Of a stretch of 64,000 nt of DNA, positions 41,590 to 51,627 are shown piece by piece. The stretch comes from an uncultured Verrucomicrobiae bacterium (GTDB taxonomy: Bacteria > Verrucomicrobiota > Verrucomicrobiia > Opitutales > JABDGR01): the NCBI GenBank assembly GCA_963765205.1, contig CAVXVB010000007.1:1-64000 (forward strand), read 5' to 3'. A program made the position numbers and the translations under genes. The notes under the pieces are model-generated. The model was not told the DNA's origin and made no database searches. It worked only from the letters and a program-made list of their open reading frames with translations. The first letter of the stretch is position 1. Every line of letters starts with the position of its first letter.

Positions 41590-43389
41590 ATGAAAACCGC
41601 CGCCAAGGCCAAGCCCATCGTGCCGTTCCCGCCTCAAGACGAGGTGGGACCCGAAATGCGCGGGGCGGACGTCGTCGTCCGCTGCCTTGAGCGCGAGGGC
41701 GTCGAAGTGGTGTTTGCCTATCCCGGCGGCGCTTCGATGGAGCTGCACCAGGCCCTGACGCGCCCGACCACCATCCGCACCATCCTGCCGCGCTTCGAGC
41801 AGGGTGGCGGCTTTATGGCGCACGGCTACGCCCGCGCCACAGGCAAGGCCGGCGTCTGCATGGCCACCAGCGGCCCCGGCGCGACCAACCTCGTCACCTG
41901 CATCGCCGATGCCTACATGGACTCGATTCCGCTGATCGCCATCACCGGCCAGGTCTTCCAGCAATTCATCGGCAAGGGCGCGTTTCAGGAGACGGACTTC
42001 TTCGGGATGACCCTCCCGATCACCAAGCACAGCTACCTCGTCCTTAAGGCCGAGGATTTGCCGCGCGTGTTCAAGGAGGCCTTCCATATCGCCACGACCG
42101 GCCGCCCCGGCCCCGTCGTGATTGATATTCCCAAAGACGTGCAGCAGAAAATCATTAAGCCCGTCTTCCCTGGCGCGATTCACCTCGCCGGCTATCCCGA
42201 GCCGCCCAAGGCCAGCGACGCCGAGCTGGCCAAGGTTCTTGAACTGATCGCCAAGGCCAAGAAGCCCGTCCTGTATATCGGCGGCGGCATTCTCAGCGCC
42301 GACGCCAGCGCCGAGCTGCGCCAATTCGCGGAGCTGACGGGCATCCCCGTGGCCTCGACCCTGATGGGCCTCGGCGCCTTCCCCGCCAACCACCCGCAAA
42401 GCCTCTACTGGTTCGGCATGCACGGCACCGTCGCCGGCAACTGGGCCGTGTGCGACAGCGACCTGCTCATCACCGCCGGCGCGCGTTTTGACGATCGCGT
42501 CACCGGCGTAGTCAGCAAATTCGCCCCACACGCGACCATCGTCCACTTCGACATTGACCGCGCCGAGCACAACAAAAACAAGTTCGCCCAATACCCGATT
42601 GCCTCGGACATCAAATACGCCCTCGCGCGCCTCCTCGAACTCATTGCCGAGACGAAGTGGCAGCGCCCGGACATTTCCGCGTGGATGAAGCAAATCGCCG
42701 CGTGGAAAAAGGAGCATCCCTTCCCCTTTAGCTACGCGAAAAATTCCGAATACATCCTGCCGCAGGAAGCCATCGAAATCCTGTTCGAGGAAACCAAGGG
42801 CGACGCGATTCTCACCACCGGCGTGGGCCAGCACCAGATGTGGACGCCGCAGTATTATCATTTCAAGGAGCCGCGCACCTTCATCAGCTCCCTCGGCCTG
42901 GGCACCATGGGCTTCGGCTTCCCCGCCGCCCTCGGCGCCAAAGTCGCCCGCCCCGACAAGCAAGTCGTGGACGTGGATGGCGACGGCTCCTTCCTGATGA
43001 ACATCCAGGAACTCGCCACCGCCAAAATCGAAAAGATCAACGCCAAGTGCCTGCTCCTCAATAACCAGCACCTCGGCATGGTGGTGCAGTGGGAGGACAA
43101 CTTCTACGCCGGCACCCGCGGCCACACGATCCTGTGCGACCCGGAAAACATCGGCAGCCCGAGCAACCCCGGCGGCATCTATCCTGATTTCGTCACCATC
43201 GCCAAAGGCTTCGGCGTGAAGGCCCGCCGCGTCCTCAAGCGCGAAGACCTCCGCGACGCCATCCGCGAAATGCTCGCCCACGACGGCCCCTACGTGCTCA
43301 ACGTCATCGTCCCCTACACCGAACATGTGCTTCCCTTCATCCCGCAAAGCAAATCAGCGAAGGAGATCATCACCGAGCGGGTGAAGTGA
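41590..43389 (+). CDS. ilvB: Acetolactate synthase large subunit
   Basis: [49 protein letters not shown] and the ThDP motif [20 protein letters not shown]. Confidence 0.96.
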   Translation: MKTAAKAKPIVPFPPQDEVGPEMRGADVVVRCLEREGVEVVFAYPGGASMELHQALTRPTTIRTILPRFEQGGGFMAHGYARATGKAGVCMATSGPGATNLVTCIADAYMDSIPLIAITGQVFQQFIGKGAFQETDFFGMTLPITKHSYLVLKAEDLPRVFKEAFHIATTGRPGPVVIDIPKDVQQKIIKPVFPGAIHLAGYPEPPKASDAELAKVLELIAKAKKPVLYIGGGILSADASAELRQFAELTGIPVASTLMGLGAFPANHPQSLYWFGMHGTVAGNWAVCDSDLLITAGARFDDRVTGVVSKFAPHATIVHFDIDRAEHNKNKFAQYPIASDIKYALARLLELIAETKWQRPDISAWMKQIAAWKKEHPFPFSYAKNSEYILPQEAIEILFEETKGDAILTTGVGQHQMWTPQYYHFKEPRTFISSLGLGTMGFGFPAALGAKVARPDKQVVDVDGDGSFLMNIQELATAKIEKINAKCLLLNNQHLGMVVQWEDNFYAGTRGHTILCDPENIGSPSNPGGIYPDFVTIAKGFGVKARRVLKREDLRDAIREMLAHDGPYVLNVIVPYTEHVLPFIPQSKSAKEIITERVK

Positions 43390-43451
43390 AGGGGGGAAAT
43401 GACCTCCTCACGTAGTCTTGCCATTTCCCCTGAAAAGGTTAATGTAACCCC

Positions 43452-43670
43452 ATGATCATCGTGCGGTATCCCGACGAGCACGCCAAAGGCCGGGCTTTGG
43501 GCTATCTGGCTGGCCGCTTTTCCTTCAAGAGTTGGGCCACGGGTGAAATGATGGTGCCGGAAAATGCCCTGCCCGCGCTGGCCGTGGAAGGAATTCCTTT
43601 TACCGTGGAAGGCCCCGCCAATTATGAGCGCCTTGCGTCGCTACGAAATCCTCCTCCCGTCCCAGTTTAA
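43452..43670 (+). CDS. Small hypothetical protein (72 aa), first gene of an overlapping two-gene module
   Basis: Compact ORF. A TTGCCA-16-TAATGT promoter-like element ends a few nt before the ATG, and it overlaps a second ATG at 43623. Confidence 0.55.
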   Translation: MIIVRYPDEHAKGRALGYLAGRFSFKSWATGEMMVPENALPALAVEGIPFTVEGPANYERLASLRNPPPVPV

Positions 43671-43704
43671 CGACAGCCGGCCCGTGCCGGAGGAGTGGAA
43701 ATGA
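43623..43704 (+). pseudogene. Probably truncated partner gene MSALRRYEILLPSQFNDSRPVPEEWK*
   Basis: YEILLP-x2-FND-x2-P resembles the N-terminus of a small hypothetical family as I recall it (unverified). It ends after 26 codons where low-GC DNA begins. Confidence 0.4.
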
Positions 43705-43714
43705 GAATGGATGC

Positions 43715-44116
43715 TCAACTGCCCGGGGAATCACTGGGCACATGATAGACGCCAACTGTTAAACGAAGGCTAAGTGATGGGTCTCGCTTACTTTTCATAA
43801 TTGCAGAAAACTCACCCTGTCGCCTCCCTGCCAAGATTTTTAGAAATCCCTCATGCGACTCTAACAATTTAGGTATCTGATCTAACACCGTTGAAATCTT
43901 GACATTGCGCACAAATAGAAGCACCGCTGTTTTTGCGTCTCGCCAAGTAAGATACTTAAGCAGCTGATCAATGGTATCGTGAAATGCTTTTGCTCCGGAC
44001 CAAAATTTGCATTCAGCAATAAACAAATTACGCCCGTCCTTCCGAATTAAAATGTCCGTCTTGCCTTCAAAATTAAAGGTTTCACCCGTTGCGGCCCCTT
44101 CAAATTGGCCGTTTAG
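43715..44116 (-). pseudogene. 5'-truncated PD-(D/E)XK nuclease-like gene fragment
   Basis: LNGQFEGAATGETFNFEGKTDILIRKDGRNLFIAECKFWSG..IDQLLKYLTWRD. It is low GC, has no credible start, and the upstream part is replaced by a palindromic element. Confidence 0.6.
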
Positions 44117-44270
44117 CCCACGGAATGAATCGCGCAATTGGTTCTTGCGTCGCGTAGCGACGCTTGAATGACGGCGAGAATCAAGCGTCGGCTGCGCGAC
44201 GCCTTCGCATCTAATCATCCGCTACCGTGGGCTGAAGCGCCACGGCTATTTTCGTTGGGCCACTACGCGG
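44112..44270. repeat. Nested palindromic REP/MITE-like element
   Basis: TTTAGCCCACGG (44112) pairs with CCGTGGGCTGAA (44225). GCGTCGCGTAGCGACGCTTGA (44147) pairs with TCAAGCGTCGGCTGCGCGACGC (44181). Confidence 0.7.
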
Positions 44271-44320
44271 CCCAAGCATCCGCTCGTCCGGTTGCTGCGG
44301 CTAAAAATTTTGCAATGGAA

Positions 44321-44782
44321 TTACTTCCCGCACAACTCCTCCAGCCGGCCCAGCGCCGCGTCCATCATCCCGCCGATGCGGTGTTGGGCTACGCGGCGCA
44401 GGAGAAATCGCTTCAGGAAATTGTCCGGCCATTGGCGCGAGTTGAGCCGCACGCGCGTGCCCGCGCCCGCCGGTTCCAGCTCGACATGAAACTCGACGCG
44501 CACCGAGATTTGCGGCGCGGGCCGGCCGTTGAGCAGCTCGCGGTCGTGCTTCCAGGCCAGCCGCCGCGGCGGCTCGTGGATGATGACGGTCTGCTCGATC
44601 TCGAAATGCTTCCGCCCCCATTGCCCGCCCACGCGCTGCCGCCGTCCCACCCCCGCTCCGCTGATCCACTCCGCCGACCTAAAGCCCGCGAACCACTCCG
44701 GCAGCCGCGCCACCGGCTCGACCACCGCCCACACGCGCTCCGGTGGGGCGGCCAAAATTCGTTCGCGGATGACTTCGATCAT
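44321..44782 (-). CDS. SRPBCC (polyketide cyclase/START-like) family protein
   Basis: ILAAPPERVWAVV..LPEWF, GVGRRQ, HEPPRRLAW and LEPAGAGTRV. Confidence 0.82.
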   Translation of the reverse strand: MIEVIRERILAAPPERVWAVVEPVARLPEWFAGFRSAEWISGAGVGRRQRVGGQWGRKHFEIEQTVIIHEPPRRLAWKHDRELLNGRPAPQISVRVEFHVELEPAGAGTRVRLNSRQWPDNFLKRFLLRRVAQHRIGGMMDAALGRLEELCGK

Positions 44783-44956
44783 AAGCCAGGGATTTTTAGA
44801 CAGAATTAACAAAATGGACAGAATTTTTTTCACCACGAATTTCGCGGACAGCATCTAGGCTTTTTGTATGCATCAGTGCTATTCGTGCAATCCGTGGTCA
44901 CCCGCCGTCTTTCCATAAATTCTGTCAATTCTGTTAATTCTGTCTAAACTCCCCCC

Positions 44957-46147
44957 ATGGCCGCCGACCCCTTTGCCTTTTACACCGCCCTGCCCGTCTG
45001 CCCCTCGTTCGCGGATGTGACCCGCACGGAGGTTTATCGGCCGCTGCCCGACGACTGGGTCATCGTCATCGGCGATGTCGAAGGCTCGACCGCCGCCATC
45101 GCGCGCGGGCAATACAAGGACGTGAACCTCGTCGGCAGCTCGCTCCTCATCGCCTCCTTCAACGCCCTTGGGCGCTCGGATATTCCGTTTATCTTCGGCG
45201 GCGATGGCGCGACCCTCGCGCTGCCCGAGTCCGAACTCGCCCGCGTGCGCCCGGCCTTTCTCGCCACGCGGCGCATGGCGCGCGACGGGTTCGACCTCGA
45301 CCTGCGCATCGGCGTCGTGCCGATGCGCGACTTGCGCGCCGCAGGCCACGATGCCGCGGTCGCGCGCGTGCGGCTCTCCGACCGTTTTGCGCTCGCCGCG
45401 TTTTGGGGCGACGGCCTCGCCTGGGCGGAAAAAATGGTCAAAGACCCGCAGGCCGGCGCGCGCTACCGCATCGAGGAATACGCCGCGCCGACGGCGGAGA
45501 CCTTTGTCGGCCTCGAATGCCGCTGGCGCGGCGTGCCCAGCGAGCAGGGCGAAACGCTCGCGCTCCTCGTGCAGGCCACCGCGCCGCGCGCCGGCGACCA
45601 AGTGCGCATCTATGTGACCGTGGTCGAAAAACTGGTGGAAATTTTCGGCGACCAGGCCGGCAATCCCATCGCCATCACTCAACTGCAACTGGCGGGCGAC
45701 CCTGCCGCCGCCGCGCGCGAAACCCGCGTCCACCGCAGCCAGGCCGGCGTGCTCGCGCAAAAATTATTTCAACTGCGCGTTCGCTTCCTCAGCGCGCTCG
45801 GCAGTTGGTTCATGCGTCATCGCATCAAGTTCTGGAAAATTGACTGGAGCCGCTACACGGAGGATGTCGTGCGCAACAGCGATTTTCGCAAATTCGACGG
45901 CACGCTCCGCATGGTCCTCTCCGCGACCGAGGCGCAGCGCACGGCCCTCGTCGCGTGGCTCGAAGCGCGCCACCGTGCGGGCGAACTGGCCTACGGCCTC
46001 CACATCGCGAAGGAAGCCCTCGTCACCTGTCTCATCTTCGAGCGCGAAGGTGGCCACCTGCATTTCATTGACGGCGCGGGCGGCGGCTACGCCCTCGCCT
46101 CCGCCGACCTCAAAGCCCGCCTCGCCGTGCTCGCCGGCTTGGCGTGA
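44957..46147 (+). CDS. DUF3095 family protein (nucleotide-cyclase-like fold)
   Basis: YRPLPDDW, DVEGSTAAI..GQYKDVN, PFIFGGDGA, GLECRW, NSDFRKFDGTLRM and HFIDGAGGGYA. Confidence 0.8.
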   Translation: MAADPFAFYTALPVCPSFADVTRTEVYRPLPDDWVIVIGDVEGSTAAIARGQYKDVNLVGSSLLIASFNALGRSDIPFIFGGDGATLALPESELARVRPAFLATRRMARDGFDLDLRIGVVPMRDLRAAGHDAAVARVRLSDRFALAAFWGDGLAWAEKMVKDPQAGARYRIEEYAAPTAETFVGLECRWRGVPSEQGETLALLVQATAPRAGDQVRIYVTVVEKLVEIFGDQAGNPIAITQLQLAGDPAAAARETRVHRSQAGVLAQKLFQLRVRFLSALGSWFMRHRIKFWKIDWSRYTEDVVRNSDFRKFDGTLRMVLSATEAQRTALVAWLEARHRAGELAYGLHIAKEALVTCLIFEREGGHLHFIDGAGGGYALASADLKARLAVLAGLA

Positions 46148-46196
46148 AAGGACTTCCTCCGTATGATTAAACGCAACGGAAACCTCCGCGGATTGG

Positions 46197-47273
46197 TTAA
46201 TGACGGCTTCGCCCCGGCCAGGTGGCCGGGCGCTTCCAAAAATCATCGTTGCGGCCGCCGTAGTAGGAATCCAGCACGCGGTCCATCACGCGCGAGGTGC
46301 GCGCGGCGGACGCGCCGGGGCTGGGGCAGGTGCCGCGGCCGCGTAATTCGTCCACGACGGTTTGAATCAACGGCTGCGCTACGTGCGCGGGCGGCGTGAA
46401 GGGAAATTCGCGCACGGGCCTGTCGGCGGTTTCGAGGCGCAGCGGTTCGCTGCCGAAGGTTGAAAAGGTCAGGCGCGCGTGGGTGCCGGTGATTTGGAAA
46501 AAATCTTCGGCGGGGTGGACCGCGCCGGCGAAATTCCACGTGGCGGTGCCGGGCGCGCCGGTGGGCGTGCGGAAACTCAGTGCCAGCGTGTCCTCGACGT
46601 CGTAGCCGGAGGCGAGGTTGGCGGCGTGGCCCGCGACGTCCTCGAGCGCGCCGAAAAAGAAATCGAGCAGGTCGAGCGTATGGGAACCGATATCGAGGAA
46701 AAATCCGCCGCCGGCGTTTTCGGCGTCGAGCCGCCAGGGCAAATCACCGGGGGGCGCGGCGTGGCGCGCGTCGGTGAATTGGTAATGGACGTTCGTCACG
46801 CGGCCCAGCGCGGTCTCGATCAATTCCTTCGCCTGGAGAAAGCGCGGCTGCGCGCGGCGATAATAGGCGACGAACAGCGGCAAACGCGCGCGGGCGAACT
46901 CGGCGACCATTTGGTCGCACTCGGCGGCGCTGCGCGCCATCGGTTTTTCGACATGGCAGGGCTTGCCCGCGGCGGCCACGCGGAGCGCGAGTTCGAGATG
47001 CGAACCGGGCGGCGTGGCGATATACACGGCGTCCACGTCCGGGTCGCGGATCAGCGCGTCGGCATCGCTGAACCATTTTGGCACGTGGTGGCGGAGCGCA
47101 TAATCCTCGGCCAGCGCGGCGTTGCGGCGCATGACGGCGACGAGTTGCGAACCGTCCACCTTCTGGAAACCCGGCCCGCTTTTGACTTCGGTCACGTCTC
47201 CGCAGCCGACAATGCCCCAACGAATCAGGTCGCGCGGAACCCACGCGGAAGAGGAAGAGGAGGCGGCAGCCAT
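46197..47273 (-). CDS. Gfo/Idh/MocA family oxidoreductase
   Basis: WGIVGCGDVTEVKSGP, AVYIATPPGSH, VEKPMA and GGGFFLDIGSHTLD. Confidence 0.9.
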   Translation of the reverse strand: MAAASSSSSAWVPRDLIRWGIVGCGDVTEVKSGPGFQKVDGSQLVAVMRRNAALAEDYALRHHVPKWFSDADALIRDPDVDAVYIATPPGSHLELALRVAAAGKPCHVEKPMARSAAECDQMVAEFARARLPLFVAYYRRAQPRFLQAKELIETALGRVTNVHYQFTDARHAAPPGDLPWRLDAENAGGGFFLDIGSHTLDLLDFFFGALEDVAGHAANLASGYDVEDTLALSFRTPTGAPGTATWNFAGAVHPAEDFFQITGTHARLTFSTFGSEPLRLETADRPVREFPFTPPAHVAQPLIQTVVDELRGRGTCPSPGASAARTSRVMDRVLDSYYGGRNDDFWKRPATWPGRSRH

Positions 47274-47422
47274 GCCGCAGGTTATGGCGGCCACGCCCCT
47301 CGACGGCAAAATAAATTTTCAGCACTGACTTGCGTGGAAAATTCCCTAAAAATCCACTTTTTGCATCCCGTCTTTCACATTTTCATTTCGCCATTCAGCA
47401 TTCATAACTCCGCATTCTTCCT

Positions 47423-48919
47423 ATGCCTCCTTTTCGCGACCTTCCCTTTGGCCAGCCCGTGCCCGATTCGCCGCACGCCGTGCTGTGCAGCCTGCCGCGC
47501 CTGGCTGACGTGATTGGCTACGAGGAGCGCCGGCCGGAGGTCGTTGCCGCCATGCGCTCCGGCTACCCGCGCTTTCTGACCAATCCCCTCGTCGCCCACG
47601 CCCAGCAGTGGGCCGCGCGGGAACTCGGCTGCGCAAACACCGAAGTCCGGCTCGTGCAGACGGAGCGATTGGCAACAGGTATGGCGCGGTTCGCGCGGCA
47701 AACCACCGCGCTGAAAGCCTGGCGCGGCGCGTGGGCGGTGGAGATTGAAAAAGCTCCCGAAAGTCTGGCGCGCGCGAAAGCCTTCCATCAACATACCGGC
47801 GCGGCCATCACCTCGCGCCAGGCCGAGGATATTTTAATCGCCGCGGGCGCGCCAACTTCGCCATTCGCCGAAGCCATCTACTCCGGCGATGCCGCCACCA
47901 AAGTTCGCGCCAACCTCGCCGAGGCCTTCGGTGTCGCCGACCCGGCGGATATTTTGCTCACCGGTTCGGGCATGACGGCCTTTTACGAAGTCTTCGCAGC
48001 GGTGCGCGCGGCACAGCTTCCGCGCGGGCGGGGTCTTTGGCTCCAGCTCGGCTGGCAATACGTGGATACCACCGAGATTCTGCAAAAATTCCTTGGCCCC
48101 GGCGAACGCTGCCGGTTTTGGCCCGACGTGTTTGACGCCGCGGGACTCGAAGCTTTTTTTGCCAAACACGGCCCGGAACTCGCCGGAGTCGTCGCCGAAT
48201 TTCCCACCAATCCGCTCCTGCACGCGGGTGACCTGCCGGCGCTCCACGCTCTCTGCCAAAAGCACGGTGCCGCCCTCATTGCCGACCCGACGCTCGCCAG
48301 CCCGCGCGTCGTGGACGTGCTGCCGCACAGCGATGTCGCCGTCAACAGCCTGACCAAATTTGCCGGCAACGAAGGCGATGTCATGGGTGGCGCGGTCGTG
48401 TTTAATCCCGCTTCGAGCTGGACTGGGCGGCTGCGGGAGGCGGTGGCCGCGAACCTTGCGCCGCATTATCCGCGCGATCTCGCGCGCCTCGCCGCGCAAA
48501 TTGACGGTTACGCGCCGCTGGTGGAAAAGGCCACCGTGTCCGCCGCGCGTCTTGCGCAATTTCTCGAGCGCCACCCCGCCGTGAAATCCGTGCATTGGAC
48601 TGGCGACGAAAAATCGCGGGCGAATTTCGCGCGCCTCGCCCGCCGGCCCGGGCTGAACGGCAGTGTGTTCAGTTTCGTGCTGCATGGCGACCTCGCGCGC
48701 TTTTACGACCGGGTGCAAATTGTCAAAGGGCCGAGCTTTGGCGTGAATTTCACGCTCCTGTGCCCTTTTATGTTTCTTGCGCATTACGACCTCGTGAATA
48801 CGCCCGCCGGGCGCGCGCAGCTCGCCCGCCTCGGGCTCGATCCCGCGCTCATCCGCGTTTCCGTCGGCGCGGAGCCGTATGTGCAAATCGAGGCGGCCTT
48901 CGCTGCCGCGCTGAAGTGA
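47423..48919 (+). CDS. PLP-dependent Cys/Met metabolism enzyme (cystathionine gamma-synthase-like, long N-terminus)
   Basis: GYPRF, SGMTA, EFPTNPLL, DPTLAS, the PLP lysine in SLTKFAG, KGPSFG and LIRVSVGAE. Confidence 0.82.
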   Translation: MPPFRDLPFGQPVPDSPHAVLCSLPRLADVIGYEERRPEVVAAMRSGYPRFLTNPLVAHAQQWAARELGCANTEVRLVQTERLATGMARFARQTTALKAWRGAWAVEIEKAPESLARAKAFHQHTGAAITSRQAEDILIAAGAPTSPFAEAIYSGDAATKVRANLAEAFGVADPADILLTGSGMTAFYEVFAAVRAAQLPRGRGLWLQLGWQYVDTTEILQKFLGPGERCRFWPDVFDAAGLEAFFAKHGPELAGVVAEFPTNPLLHAGDLPALHALCQKHGAALIADPTLASPRVVDVLPHSDVAVNSLTKFAGNEGDVMGGAVVFNPASSWTGRLREAVAANLAPHYPRDLARLAAQIDGYAPLVEKATVSAARLAQFLERHPAVKSVHWTGDEKSRANFARLARRPGLNGSVFSFVLHGDLARFYDRVQIVKGPSFGVNFTLLCPFMFLAHYDLVNTPAGRAQLARLGLDPALIRVSVGAEPYVQIEAAFAAALK

Positions 48920-49065
48920 CGGGACGGGCGGCCTCTCCGCGCATCGGGCTTTGGTCCCCATCCATTGCCTCCTTGCCCTGGGCGCAAGAATTTGCTTAGT
49001 TGGTGGAACTTCCCGGATTAAACTTCAGATCGTCTTTATCACCCCCCACTCTGAAAGGTTGCCCC

Positions 49066-51237
49066 ATGAACACCCCCCTGACTCGCGGCCTGGGCCGTTT
49101 GTTGGCTTTGGTTTCCATTTTAACCGCGCTGGCCCAGCCGGCGCTGCAGGCCGCGGACGCCGCGGCCCCGGTCGTTGCCAAATCCACCGTCAACGCGCCC
49201 GTCACCGTCACCGACAATGGCGCGAACTGGACGCTCGACAACGGCATCGTCAAAGCGACGATTGGCAAGCGCGACGGCCGGATGACGGCGCTGGTTTTTC
49301 ACGGCATCAACACCATGGGCAGCACCGGCGGCGGTTACTGGGAGTCGTTGCCAGCCGGCGCGACCGACAGTCTGACGATTGACCCGGCGACCAACGGCGG
49401 CGAGCGCGCTGAAGTCTCCATCAAAGGCACGCCCGGCCGGGCCATTGATATTGAGCTGCGCTACGCGCTGGGCCGCGGCGAAAGCGGCATTTACGCCTAC
49501 GCGATTTACAACCACCCGGCGGCCAACGGCGCGGGCAGTTACGGCGAAAACCGTTATATCACGAAGCTGAACAAGGACTTTAACTGGCTCTCCGTGGATG
49601 CCGACCGCAACCTGCTCGAATGCACGCCGCAGGACTGGGGCGCGGGCGTCGTCGTCCACGCCAAGGAGCAACGCATCCTGAACACCGGCCTCTTCAAGAA
49701 TTCCGTCGAGCACAAATACAGCTACAACGCCGTGCAATACAAAATCCCCGCCTACGGCTGGTCCAGCACCCAGGACCATGTCGGCGTCTGGTTAATCAAC
49801 CCCACCACCGAATACCTCTCGGGCGGCGCTTCCAAACTGGAACTCGTCTGCCATTTCGACGCCAATAACGACCCCGACCCGATCATTCTTGATTACTGGT
49901 GCGCCGGCCACTACGCCGGCGGCGCGGGCTGCAACATCCCTGCGGGTGAAGAATGGAGCAAAGTCGTCGGCCCAGTTTTCGTCTATTGCAACACCCTGGC
50001 CAACCCCAAGACCCCCTCGCAGGCCGACCTCGACACCCTGAACGCCACGGCGGGCAACCCCACCGTGCCGGCCGCTTGGAAGGATAACGCGACCGCCTTG
50101 TTTCAGGATGCCCTCGCTCAGGCCAAAATTGAAAAAGCCCGGTGGCCCTACGATTGGGTCAATGGCGTAGACTACCCGCATAAAGACCAGCGCGGCAACG
50201 TCACCGGCCAGCTCGTGCTCAACGACCCGCAGGCGGCCACCACCAAGCTGCCCCATCTGACGGTCGGCCTCGCCCATCCCGATTACATCAGCAACGCCGG
50301 CGGCTTCGTGGCGCGGGCCGGCAACGGCAATGTCATTACCTGGCCGCACGACGGCAATTACTACCAATTCTGGACCGACGGCGCCGAGGACGGCCAGTTC
50401 TCCATCACCAATGTCCGCCCCGGCACCTACACCCTGCACGCGTTTGCCGACGGCGTGCTCGGCGAGTTTGCCCAAACCAACATCACGGTCGAGGCGGGCA
50501 AATCGCTGGAACTGGGCAAGCTCGTCTGGCAGCCCGTGCGCTACGGCAAGCAGGTTTGGGAAATCGGCTACCCCGACCGCACCGGCGGGAAATTCTTCAA
50601 GGGCGACGGCGCCAATTACTGGCTCTGGGGCTGGAATATGCGCTACGCCCTCTTGTTCCCGAACGACATTACCTACACCGTCGGCAAGAGCGATTACCAC
50701 AAGGACTGGTTCTTTGAGGAAGTCCCCCATGCGACGGACCTGTCCTTTGTCAATCCCGCCGCCAAAGACCCCGCCAACCAGCGCTATGGCTGGGTCCAGT
50801 CCTTCCCGACCGGCTCCCCCGACCCTTGGCGCACCTGGGGCCGCGGCCGCGCGACGACGTGGACCATCAAGTTCAATATGGACAAACCTTCGCAGGGCTA
50901 CGCGGCCTTGCGTGTGGCGCTGGCTGGCGCGGACGGTGGTGGCACCCTGGCCGTGGCCGTTAATGGCCAGAGTGTCGGGGCCATCGGCGATAACAGCTCC
51001 GCCGCCAACGCCCGCATCGTGGCCACCAACGCCATCCGCTACAACACCGACACCGGCGTCTGGCAAGAGCGCACCAAAACCTTCGATGCCTCCCTCCTCA
51101 AAACGGGCGAAAATGAAATTACCCTCACTGTGCCCGCTGGCGATCTCGAAAGCGGCGTCGTTTATGACTATCTGCGTCTCGAACTGAACAATGCTTACAA
51201 AGTGGACGGCACGCCGATCACGCCGCCCAAGTCGTAA
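49066..51237 (+). CDS. Rhamnogalacturonan lyase (PL4 family), exported
   Basis: Signal peptide, LDNGIVKATI, VEHKYSY, INPTTEYLSGG, WPYDW, YQFWT..NVRPGTYTL, WEIGYPDRT and VVYDYLRLE. Confidence 0.88.
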   Translation: MNTPLTRGLGRLLALVSILTALAQPALQAADAAAPVVAKSTVNAPVTVTDNGANWTLDNGIVKATIGKRDGRMTALVFHGINTMGSTGGGYWESLPAGATDSLTIDPATNGGERAEVSIKGTPGRAIDIELRYALGRGESGIYAYAIYNHPAANGAGSYGENRYITKLNKDFNWLSVDADRNLLECTPQDWGAGVVVHAKEQRILNTGLFKNSVEHKYSYNAVQYKIPAYGWSSTQDHVGVWLINPTTEYLSGGASKLELVCHFDANNDPDPIILDYWCAGHYAGGAGCNIPAGEEWSKVVGPVFVYCNTLANPKTPSQADLDTLNATAGNPTVPAAWKDNATALFQDALAQAKIEKARWPYDWVNGVDYPHKDQRGNVTGQLVLNDPQAATTKLPHLTVGLAHPDYISNAGGFVARAGNGNVITWPHDGNYYQFWTDGAEDGQFSITNVRPGTYTLHAFADGVLGEFAQTNITVEAGKSLELGKLVWQPVRYGKQVWEIGYPDRTGGKFFKGDGANYWLWGWNMRYALLFPNDITYTVGKSDYHKDWFFEEVPHATDLSFVNPAAKDPANQRYGWVQSFPTGSPDPWRTWGRGRATTWTIKFNMDKPSQGYAALRVALAGADGGGTLAVAVNGQSVGAIGDNSSAANARIVATNAIRYNTDTGVWQERTKTFDASLLKTGENEITLTVPAGDLESGVVYDYLRLELNNAYKVDGTPITPPKS

Positions 51238-51498
51238 ATTTCCTTTGCGCCATTTTTGCGCAAACTCGGAAGCTTGGGATAAATCTGCCCGTCCCTCTCT
51301 GGCCTGTGGAACGGCGGCGACCGACTTACCTAACACCTTGCCCGTTTGGCACTTGCTGCCGGATCATAGGCCCGACGGCAATTTTGTGGGCGAATTATCT
51401 CCCGTCCCGAAAACTTGGCACGAAACGTGGTATAATGGAGGCGCAACATCTCCTCCGGGAGAATGGGGTAACAAGCAGCAACGAGATCGAAAATCAGT

Positions 51499-51537
51499 GG
51501 CGGGCCGCTTAGGGGTAGGCGGCCCGCCTTTATTTTT
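51499..51537 (+). terminator. Intrinsic terminator
   Basis: 10-bp stem GGCGGGCCGC / GCGGCCCGCC followed by TTTATTTTT. Confidence 0.75.
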
Positions 51538-51627
51538 GGAAGTGGAGGCGCCCCGCCCAACCACCGGCCTCCATTCCAAGTGCCGGCCGGTTCAAATTTT
51601 CATTCTTCTTTTTCCATATTCCATTCA

